From contig CP064998.1 in assembly GCA_016700035.1 (NCBI GenBank), forward strand, positions 462,790 to 526,789: 64,000 nt of DNA. The letters run 5' to 3'. Positions 1-7,200 of the stretch are shown piece after piece. Within the stretch, counting starts at the first letter, position 1. Each line of letters opens with the position of its first letter. The position numbers were made by a program, and so were the translations under genes. Below the pieces are notes generated by a model. The model was not told the origin of the DNA and ran no database searches. It saw nothing but the letters and a program-made list of their open reading frames with translations. The stretch is from a bacterium. GTDB lineage: Bacteria > Patescibacteriota > Saccharimonadia > CAILAD01 > GCA-016700035.

Positions 1-157
1 ATTTATGTCAATATTTCATGAAACATGTAACCATTTGCACTATGCTTATGTAACGAGGCATAGAAAATTATGTAACCAAACCGATGATTGAACCTAGACA
101 TACTACACAATATATGATACAGTTTGTATACGATATTTTTAATAAGTCTACAGGAAC

Positions 158-373
158 ATGAACGAAGTTAAACTGAGAAAAGCAATTGGATCCAATCTAC
201 AGAAGGCTCGTAAAGCAAAGCGCTACACTCAGCGTGAAATTGCTGAAAAAGTAGGGCTCTCTACTAATTACTACGCAACCTTGGAACAGGGGGCTGCTAT
301 TGCATCAGTCGAAACATTATACGAAATATTTGCTGTCTTAGGTGTTAAAGCATTGGATATTTTTCCAGATTAG
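158..373 (+). CDS. XRE-family helix-turn-helix transcriptional regulator (71 aa)
   Basis: Cro/CI-type HTH in translation (YTQREIAEKVGLSTNYYATLEQG); three TATGTAAC direct repeats lie upstream. Confidence 0.7.
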   Translation: MNEVKLRKAIGSNLQKARKAKRYTQREIAEKVGLSTNYYATLEQGAAIASVETLYEIFAVLGVKALDIFPD

Positions 374-573
374 CTCTTATCATCCTTCTTCGTATATTGC
401 CTGATAGCTTCAGCCAAAGCTTCATCTGATCGTGCTATTTCATTGCCACTTATCTGCATTGACTCAATAAGCTGAATTGCATATTCACGGTTAGCATTAT
501 CAGGATCTTCAAACTTAAGATACTTAATAATCTTTGCTATGTCTTCTTCATTGATGTGGTATTCATTGTGCAT
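370..573 (-). CDS. small acidic hypothetical protein (67 aa), co-transcribed downstream of PLD nuclease
   Basis: ORF with AGAGG Shine-Dalgarno 7 nt upstream; 18-nt gap to upstream PLD gene on the same strand; no recognisable motif. Confidence 0.45.
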   Translation of the reverse strand: MHNEYHINEEDIAKIIKYLKFEDPDNANREYAIQLIESMQISGNEIARSDEALAEAIRQYTKKDDKS

Positions 574-591
574 ACTTGAACCTCTAGTATA

Positions 592-1071
592 TCACCAGAA
601 CCTGTTGTTAATCTTTGTAAACTGAATCATCTGATGAGCTAGCTCAATCGAATTAGTACGACGCATAATTTCTCGACTGAGTACTTGTGACAAAATGTTC
701 AGTGAACCTTCCCATAATATTTGACCATCAATAATTGCAAGCTTGCGGTGACGCATATCGTTAAAGAAATAGACTTTGACGCCGTTATCTCTAAGGATTC
801 TGATGGATTTCCAGGCTTGTATCTCCAGCAGCTTATCATGGTGACGTGGATTTCGGGTGTTTACTCGAATTTTCACACCTTTTCTGGTCAGTTTATTGAA
901 TAGCCCTGAAAAGTACAGCGCTCTTTTTTCGGTCAAGAACGGGCTTTCAATAACTACCGCTGATTGTGCTCTTTTCACATCTCGCACAAATGCGCTATAG
1001 AAGGATTGCTCGTTGTATAGCGAGGTGTTTGTTAACACGGCCTTTGGCGTCTTACGGAGCAACCTAAACAT
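592..1071 (-). CDS. phospholipase D-family (Nuc-like) single-HKD nuclease, 159 aa
   Basis: HKD motif HRKLAIIDGQILWEGSLNI (H-x-K-x4-D-x6-G-S-x-N); size and architecture match Nuc/NucT-type dimeric PLD endonucleases; ~60% identical paralog at 46068-46550. Confidence 0.65.
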   Translation of the reverse strand: MFRLLRKTPKAVLTNTSLYNEQSFYSAFVRDVKRAQSAVVIESPFLTEKRALYFSGLFNKLTRKGVKIRVNTRNPRHHDKLLEIQAWKSIRILRDNGVKVYFFNDMRHRKLAIIDGQILWEGSLNILSQVLSREIMRRTNSIELAHQMIQFTKINNRFW

Positions 1072-1235
1072 TGTGATTCTCCTGAGCAGTAAGTTGATTC
1101 GCTAGCTCCTCCAGTTCACAATAAAAGATTTCGGAATGAGTACCCTTTAGGTTCACCAAGCAAAGGGTCCAGTGTAAGCTGGGCTTTTTGCTTGGTAGTT
1201 TTATCGTAAAAACTGGACTCCGAAGGAGTTCGATA

Positions 1236-1364
1236 ATGACGAAAGTACGCAGAAGCTCGCTTCGAGCACTTGAGAAAATTATATGTATATTCTCCGTGGG
1301 ATCACTAAATTATATACTTGATATAACTCAATATGATAATTTAAACACCTTGCACTATGTATGA
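1236..1364 (+). CDS. unannotated 42-aa micro-ORF (MTKVRRSSLRALEKIICIFSVGSLNYILDITQYDNLNTLHYV)
   Basis: AAGGAG Shine-Dalgarno at 1223-1228 with 7-nt spacer to ATG; lies in a 335-bp gap with no called ORF. Confidence 0.25.
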   Translation: MTKVRRSSLRALEKIICIFSVGSLNYILDITQYDNLNTLHYV

Positions 1365-1406
1365 GCTAATATTACTATTAAGGGGAATATAAGCAATCGT
1401 TTACTG

Positions 1407-1820
1407 ATGGAGCCCAGCCAACCAAACATATACCTAGACGTAGATGGCGTCCTGCTTGCACACAATCTGCACCCAGCAAATTATGTACACGAATTTTTGG
1501 ATTTCGTAACAAATAATTATTCAACCTACTGGCTAACCACTCACTGCAAAGGGGATACTCAGCACGTAGTTGAGTATTTATCTAGAATACTGTCCCCAAA
1601 AACTGTACACTTACTTAATAATATTAAGTCCACCAATTGGGACTTAGCAAAGACAGAGGCGATTGATTTTTCTAGGCCATTCATATGGTTTGACGATTAT
1701 TTATTTAACTTTGAGAAGGAAGAACTATTGCGCCGTAACGCGCTCGACAGCTGGATAGAGATAGATCTATCAAAAAATCCAGATCAATTACACACTTTAA
1801 TTACTCATCTTGCGGAATAA
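1407..1820 (+). CDS. HAD-superfamily hydrolase, NT5C-like 5'(3')-deoxyribonucleotidase-type (137 aa)
   Basis: HAD motif I DVDGVL near N-terminus and FDD motif (IWFDDYL) later; size and motifs resemble NT5C/HAD small phosphatases. Confidence 0.4.
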   Translation: MEPSQPNIYLDVDGVLLAHNLHPANYVHEFLDFVTNNYSTYWLTTHCKGDTQHVVEYLSRILSPKTVHLLNNIKSTNWDLAKTEAIDFSRPFIWFDDYLFNFEKEELLRRNALDSWIEIDLSKNPDQLHTLITHLAE

Positions 1821-1865
1821 TTATTTAATTAGCTTTTTGCATGGTGAGATTTTTGTTACTACTAT

Positions 1866-2645
1866 TTAAAATCTATCCGTAAACTCATTCTTTACGCTAC
1901 CCCCAAGCGACTGTAGTATCTCAAATGCAAGCTCATAATTATCCTTTAAGAACTTGCTATTTTCATATATAGGTGTGGCCTTATTCCAAATTAGCCTTAA
2001 ATAATGCTCATTAAAGCCAGAAACTTGTCCACTCAGCTCTAGACCAACACTGGTAATGTCATCAAAAAAACCCGAAAGAATAACACCGTATCGATTTTTT
2101 GGAGCAAATAAAACTGGAAATGCATGGCCGGGAGCAACACGTATACGAATCTCATAATTAGGTGGATGAATAGAAATTATCTTCTTTACATTCTTTAAAT
2201 CCTCAAGGTTTCTTATATAGAAAATCTCACGAAAATAGCAAGTTTTATCATTTTTGAGTTTCCGCATAATACGCTGTACTCGATCCATTTCATGCCATAT
2301 AGACCTATCTATAGCCTTATTGGTCATCCATAATTCATGGCAATTCTGCAATCCTAGCAAAATAGAAGTCTCAATTTCATTTAGATTAGTCATGTATGAA
2401 GAAAACGTATCGCGTCGACTGGGTGGTGACCCAAGCTGAATATTAAGCACATCCTGCAGAGCCATCTTACGGGAGTTACGAGGAAAATTCTTGTCCTGTT
2501 CCCAGCGTGAAATAAGGGATCGCTCGATAATCGCATCACCGGTAAGTTTGTCGTTTAGCAGATCGGCTAACTGCTGTTGAGTGATGCCGAGACGCAGACG
2601 AGCTAGTTTGATTTTCTCGCCTGTAGTTTGAGTAAACATATTCAT
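1866..2645 (-). CDS. XRE-family HTH regulator fused to uncharacterised ~190-aa C-terminal domain
   Basis: N-terminal HTH (KLARLRLGITQQQLADLL); C-terminal domain has no recognisable catalytic motif and no S24 peptidase signature. Confidence 0.55.
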   Translation of the reverse strand: MNMFTQTTGEKIKLARLRLGITQQQLADLLNDKLTGDAIIERSLISRWEQDKNFPRNSRKMALQDVLNIQLGSPPSRRDTFSSYMTNLNEIETSILLGLQNCHELWMTNKAIDRSIWHEMDRVQRIMRKLKNDKTCYFREIFYIRNLEDLKNVKKIISIHPPNYEIRIRVAPGHAFPVLFAPKNRYGVILSGFFDDITSVGLELSGQVSGFNEHYLRLIWNKATPIYENSKFLKDNYELAFEILQSLGGSVKNEFTDRF

Positions 2646-2670
2646 GCCGTTACCCTAACATAGATATAGA

Positions 2671-2697
2671 AATTGTGCAATATTGTAGTGCACAATT
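2671..2697. promoter_or_regulatory. perfect palindromic operator AATTGTGCA-N9-TGCACAATT between divergent transcription units
   Basis: 9-bp perfect inverted repeat with 9-bp spacer, 26 bp upstream of the XRE-fusion gene start (2645); overlaps putative + strand promoter TTGTAG(2683)-17-TATACA(2706). Confidence 0.5.
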
Positions 2698-2805
2698 TTT
2701 CTCACTATACACTATGGTCTTTAGTAGCTTAGTAATGCAAAATAAAGCCATCAACAATAGTTGATGCACCTACCAGTGCACCTACCAATAGAAAGTTGGT
2801 ACAAA

Positions 2806-2916
2806 ATGAAGTGTTCAGGACGCCCCAATCCAGGTCCCCCGGGACCACCTCCGCCAGGCCGACCGACCGGCCCTGGCCCCGGTCCGTACCCTCTGCCACC
2901 TCTCCCTGGTCGCTGA
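2806..2916 (+). CDS. 36-aa Pro/Gly-rich micro-ORF (MKCSGRPNPGPPGPPPPGRPTGPGPGPYPLPPLPGR)
   Basis: ATG preceded by GAAAG; reading frame spans the GC-rich island; could instead be non-coding. Confidence 0.15.
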   Translation: MKCSGRPNPGPPGPPPPGRPTGPGPGPYPLPPLPGR

Positions 2917-3086
2917 TCTCGCAATAACCGAGTACTCACCAAGAGGGTAATCGCATGAGTGGGGACTCAGTTAGTCGTCCCAACAGCGGCACTTAGAGCC
3001 CTAAGTGGCGTGCTGATATCGGTTAACCACCCCACGAAGAGCATATCTTCGTAGAAGACAACCTGCACGGCCACTGAATTATAGTC

Positions 3087-3115
3087 GGCTTCCCACACTA
3101 GGGAAGCCTTTTTTT
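3087..3115 (+). terminator. rho-independent terminator (GGCTTCCC-acacta-GGGAAGCC + T7)
   Basis: 8-bp GC-rich stem, 6-nt loop, followed by TTTTTTT on the + strand; T-tract overlaps stop codon of convergent trhO. Confidence 0.65.
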
Positions 3116-3989
3116 ATTTAGCCCTATCCTTAACGCATTTCGCGCAAGTTGCTGTCTCGGCACACTTCTCGCACACCAAAACTAGATCATTACAACTGAC
3201 ATTATCGCAATTAATATATCGACTGGTCGCTCCGTCACAATGACTACACTTGCCAATATCAACCGATTGATCGCTAAACCGTTGCTCCATGCGACCATCA
3301 AAGATGTAGAGTGAACCCTCCCAGGCACCTTCATCACCATATTTTTCGCCGTATTTTACAATGCCACCATCTATCTGATACACATCCTTAAACCCACGGT
3401 TTTTCATGAGAGCTGAGAGTATTTCACAGCGCACACCACCAGTACAATAGGTAACCACCGGCTTATCTTTTAGCTTGTCGTACTTATCTGAGTCAATTTC
3501 CTTTACAAAATCATGAGTGGTGCGAGTCTCCGGCACAACTGCCTCTTTAAACCGGCCTACGGCTGCCTCGTACGCATTACGGCCATCAAAAAATACCACG
3601 TCATCACGTTCTGCCATTAGCCTGTGCAGAGCCTCGGGTTTTAAGTGTTTACCTCCACCAACAACACCATTTTCATCTACTCGAACCTCATCTGGCACAC
3701 CAAATGCCACTAACTCTGGGCGCACCTTAACACTCAAGCGAGGGAACTCTTCACCCGATCCTTCACTCCACTTGTAGGTAATACCTCGAAAAATAGCCGA
3801 GCGGTTCATCTCACGCTTGTATTCCTTTAAGCTCTCTAAATCACCACCCAGTGTGCCGTTTATGCCATGCGGGCTGACGATAATCCGCCCAGTGAGGTTG
3901 AGCCGGCGACACAGCTCACGTTGCCAACGCATTGTCATCGTAGGGTCTTGCACGGGTATAAATTTATAGTAGAGTATAACTTTTTTCAT
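3114..3989 (-). CDS. trhO: rhodanese-domain protein, TrhO/YceA (UPF0176) family tRNA U34 hydroxylase-like
   Basis: N-terminal YKF motif, rhodanese active-site loop CTGGVRCE, Cys-rich C-terminal tail. Confidence 0.6.
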   Translation of the reverse strand: MKKVILYYKFIPVQDPTMTMRWQRELCRRLNLTGRIIVSPHGINGTLGGDLESLKEYKREMNRSAIFRGITYKWSEGSGEEFPRLSVKVRPELVAFGVPDEVRVDENGVVGGGKHLKPEALHRLMAERDDVVFFDGRNAYEAAVGRFKEAVVPETRTTHDFVKEIDSDKYDKLKDKPVVTYCTGGVRCEILSALMKNRGFKDVYQIDGGIVKYGEKYGDEGAWEGSLYIFDGRMEQRFSDQSVDIGKCSHCDGATSRYINCDNVSCNDLVLVCEKCAETATCAKCVKDRAK

Positions 3990-4064
3990 AAGGCATTATT
4001 ATAGCTTAAAAACAACCAAGAAACCCTGCTACTTGGGTTAAATATAAATTTTTCCTTTATGCCA

Positions 4065-4727
4065 TCAATCAACATCGGTCATCTCACGTAATTTCGCCAG
4101 ATTAATTTCAAAGCCAGACTTATGATTACGAAACAGACCAGACTTAGCCGGCTTCACCACGCCACGCTTAGTGAGCTGACGCACCTGCACGGTCATAGTC
4201 TCGCGAGTGGTACCCACCATGCTAGCCAGCTGAGCATGCGAAAGGGTGAAGGGGAGGGTCACCGTGCCCTCTGATAGCTCTTGACCAAAGCGCTGAACCA
4301 AGAGGGCCAACATATTTACTAGCTTTACATCGGCTTTGGCTTGTAAAATATTGTCCAGCGTTTGAGCTAACTCATCATTGCGCGTCATCAGATAGCGTGC
4401 CAAGCCAAGTAATGCTTCCGAGTCTTTTTCAAGCTTTTTTTGAAGTGCTGGAGCCTCTAAAATACGCACCCTACCGTCTGTCATAGCCTCATAATAATAA
4501 CGGTGTGTGTGGTCAAAGAATAACACCGCCTCCAAGTTAATCACATCACCAGGCCCAAGAATAGTGATAAGTTTTTCATCACCATCATCAGCTATGGTAT
4601 AAGCTTTTACAAAGCCATCGGTAATAAATAGTACTTCGTCACCAACTTCACCCTGGTGTAGTAAAACATCACCACGCTTGTAATTCTGTGCAGGTTGCTT
4701 CATAAATAGGGCACGTACGGGCTTCAT
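4065..4727 (-). CDS. Crp/Fnr-family transcriptional regulator
   Basis: cNMP-binding beta-barrel region followed by C-terminal HTH (RETMTVQVRQLTKRGVV). Confidence 0.7.
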   Translation of the reverse strand: MKPVRALFMKQPAQNYKRGDVLLHQGEVGDEVLFITDGFVKAYTIADDGDEKLITILGPGDVINLEAVLFFDHTHRYYYEAMTDGRVRILEAPALQKKLEKDSEALLGLARYLMTRNDELAQTLDNILQAKADVKLVNMLALLVQRFGQELSEGTVTLPFTLSHAQLASMVGTTRETMTVQVRQLTKRGVVKPAKSGLFRNHKSGFEINLAKLREMTDVD

Positions 4728-4799
4728 AGCAATATTATTGCACTAAATAAGCCCCATCCGCTAGGCAGACACAAAAATTGGCCGTACAATAACAAAGCT

Positions 4800-6587
4800 A
4801 TGAACGATCTTATTAAAATTCTTAAATTCTCTTCAAAACTAAAATGGTACTACTACGGCATTGGTGCGCTAGTTATCATATTGGCTTTATTAAACTTAGT
4901 TAATCCATTTCTCACCAAGCAACTGGTGGATTTAATTAGCTCTCATGCTCAGGGTGGCAATATTGAATTTACGCAGGCCCTCGTCCCACTTGGTCTCATG
5001 CTGGTGGCTTCGCTCATTGTAGCCGTCCTCTCAAATATCAATGGCTATCTGGGTGATAATATGTCACAAAAGCTCAATACTCATCTCTCGACCAGCTATT
5101 ACGAGCACCTGATGAATCTTCCGATTGAGTACTATGACTCGGAACAGACTGGCAAGATAACCGCCCGCTTAGAGCGCTCCATATCAAGTCTTTCTCAGCT
5201 AATGAACGCCTTAGCAAATAATTTTGTTCAATTTTTCCTAACTACCGTTGTAACGCTCGTAGCAATTGCGATCTACTCCTGGCCTGTGGCATTACTATTG
5301 GTTATTATTTTTCCCACCTACATTTGGCTGACACATCTCTCCAGTGCGGCTTGGCAAAAAAAGCAAGGAGAAATCAATAAGACGCTTGATGTCGCAAATG
5401 GTCGGTTTGTTGAGTCGATTGGTCAAATTCGAGTGGTTAAATCTTTTGTGCGCGAAGTTGGCGAGCTAGCAGATTATCGAAGGCGCCGCAATAAGATAGA
5501 AACTTCAACTCGCTCGCAATCAATCACCTGGCATAAGTACGATGCTGTCCGGCGAGCAATTCTGGGCTTGGTCTTTTTTACAATTTTTGCTGTGATTGTT
5601 TGGCAGGCGCTAAATGGTCAATACTCAATTGGTACAGCCGTACTACTGATTACACTAGCAAACCAAGCTCAATTCCCGCTATTTGGCTCGAGCTTTATTA
5701 TTGAAGGTATTCAACGAGCACGAGCTGACAGCCGAGACTTCTTTGAAATAATGGATAAAAAGTCGACTATTACCGATGCAGAAAATGCTAAGATGCTTAA
5801 AATTAAAGATGGGGAAGTGCGTTTTGAGCATGTAGTGTTTGGCTACAACAGCAAGCATAGTGTCTTAGATGACATCAGCTTTACAATCCCAGCTCACAGT
5901 AAAGTTGCATTGGTTGGTGAGTCGGGTGAAGGGAAGTCAACTCTAGCAAACCTAATTGTGCGCTTTTACGAAGCTAACGAAGGCACCATTACCATCGATG
6001 GCACACCAATTACTCAGGTTACACAATCTAGTCTGCGAAAGGGGATTGGTATTGTCTTTCAGGATCCGGCACTTTTTTCTGGCACTATTGAAGAAAATAT
6101 TGCCTACGGACTGGGTCGTCGCTACACCCAATCAGAGCTAGAAGAGGTAGTTGAGTTGGCTAATGCCAGCGGTTTTATTGCTAAGCTGGAGCAAGGCTTT
6201 AAGACGCAAGTGGGCGAGCGAGGGGTTAAGCTATCTGGCGGGCAAAAACAACGGATTATTATTGCTCGCGCTCTACTAAAAAACCCACCAATTCTCATCC
6301 TGGATGAAGCCACTAGCTCACTCGATGCAAAAGCCGAAGCTCAAGTGCAACAAGCCCTGGAGCGCCTAATGAAGGGACGCACAACGATCATTATTGCGCA
6401 CAGATTGAGCACCATTACTCACGTCGATATGATTATTGGCCTTAAAAATGGCAAGGTTGCAGAGCAGGGTAGCCCCGACGAATTGGCTAGTAGGTCAGGT
6501 GGTATTTACGCCGAACTCTTACAACTCCAAACCGCTAGCGCCGATACAGCTAAGAAAAAGCTCCAGAAATTCGATATTGCATCATAG
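4800..6587 (+). CDS. ABC transporter, fused permease/ATP-binding exporter (MsbA-like)
   Basis: 6 predicted TM N-terminal half; Walker A GESGEGKST, ABC signature LSGGQKQRIIIARAL, Walker B ILILDEATSSLD. Confidence 0.85.
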   Translation: MNDLIKILKFSSKLKWYYYGIGALVIILALLNLVNPFLTKQLVDLISSHAQGGNIEFTQALVPLGLMLVASLIVAVLSNINGYLGDNMSQKLNTHLSTSYYEHLMNLPIEYYDSEQTGKITARLERSISSLSQLMNALANNFVQFFLTTVVTLVAIAIYSWPVALLLVIIFPTYIWLTHLSSAAWQKKQGEINKTLDVANGRFVESIGQIRVVKSFVREVGELADYRRRRNKIETSTRSQSITWHKYDAVRRAILGLVFFTIFAVIVWQALNGQYSIGTAVLLITLANQAQFPLFGSSFIIEGIQRARADSRDFFEIMDKKSTITDAENAKMLKIKDGEVRFEHVVFGYNSKHSVLDDISFTIPAHSKVALVGESGEGKSTLANLIVRFYEANEGTITIDGTPITQVTQSSLRKGIGIVFQDPALFSGTIEENIAYGLGRRYTQSELEEVVELANASGFIAKLEQGFKTQVGERGVKLSGGQKQRIIIARALLKNPPILILDEATSSLDAKAEAQVQQALERLMKGRTTIIIAHRLSTITHVDMIIGLKNGKVAEQGSPDELASRSGGIYAELLQLQTASADTAKKKLQKFDIAS

Positions 6588-6662
6588 ACATAAGCATTTT
6601 GTTATACAGCCAATAAGTACTACAATGATGTTAGTTATTAATTTTTACCAGGAGATAATATC

Positions 6663-7130
6663 ATGGCAAAAGCCAAGTCTAGTGACCTAATTACACTTTT
6701 AGAGCCATACTTTACTAAGCAAGCACCATTTCAAATACCAGCCAAATGGCGTAATTTAATAGTTGAATGGATGCCATGGGTTAATCTAGTCATCGGAATA
6801 TTACTGATACCTTTGGCATTGGTAGCACTTGGTCTAGCTGGATTTGTTAGTGTTGTAGCCATATCAGTTGGCGCCACGCAGGGGCCACTGATATTAATTT
6901 CTGGACTAGTTCTAGTAGCCTCAATTGCCTTGCTATTTATTACATTTCCAGGCTTACGGGCTCGAAAACTATCGGCTTGGAAGCTAGTCTTTTGGGCTGA
7001 TATCGTCTTCTTTGTTTATGGCATCTTACACGCCTTAGGGTCAGGCTTATTCTTCGATATTGTTATGCAAGCTATTTCGACCATCATTGGTCTATACATT
7101 CTATTCCAGATAAAAGACCATTATAAATAG
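6663..7130 (+). CDS. hypothetical integral membrane protein (155 aa)
   Basis: 4 hydrophobic segments; no conserved motif recognised. Confidence 0.5.
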   Translation: MAKAKSSDLITLLEPYFTKQAPFQIPAKWRNLIVEWMPWVNLVIGILLIPLALVALGLAGFVSVVAISVGATQGPLILISGLVLVASIALLFITFPGLRARKLSAWKLVFWADIVFFVYGILHALGSGLFFDIVMQAISTIIGLYILFQIKDHYK

Positions 7131-7150
7131 ATCGCTTTACTTTTAAAAAA

Positions 7151-7183
7151 TCAAATTACCCCACGACAAGTGGGGTAATTTGA
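7151..7183. terminator. 14-bp inverted repeat TCAAATTACCCCAC-gacaa-GTGGGGTAATTTGA (possible terminator/attenuator)
   Basis: perfect stem flanked by A-run upstream (T-run on minus strand); lies between membrane-protein gene and tgt. Confidence 0.3.
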
Positions 7184-7200
7184 TGTAGAATAATGCGGTT

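Larger units (their letters stand above)
2714..3115 (+). ncRNA. candidate structured RNA / small-protein transcript of unknown family (GC-rich island ending in intrinsic terminator)
   Basis: Local GC far above the ~40% background at 2810-2910; successive perfect hairpins (ACTCA/TGAGT, GGGAC/GTCCC, CACTTAG-agccc-CTAAGTG, ACGAAGA-gcata-TCTTCGT); + strand terminator at 3087-3115 with no + strand ORF >60 aa to terminate. Confidence 0.3.

Noticed and set aside
2751-2942. 63-aa Gly/Pro-rich minus-strand ORF from the ORF track
   Set aside because: It is a shadow frame of the GC-rich island. The + strand carries the terminator and promoter geometry. Low-complexity G/P runs are expected on either strand of a (CCN/GGN)-rich stretch.
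2700-3115. Tried to assign the GC-rich structured region to tmRNA, RNase P, SRP/4.5S, 6S or 5S RNA
   Set aside because: No tRNA-like T-arm or CCA end, no P4 (AGGAAAGUCCGGGC / ACAGAACCCGGCUUA), no SRP GGAA helix-8 motif, and no convincing tag-peptide frame. An 11-nt match (CTTAGAGCCCT) to E. coli tmRNA helix 5 is too short to be meaningful. The region remains unassigned, not identified.
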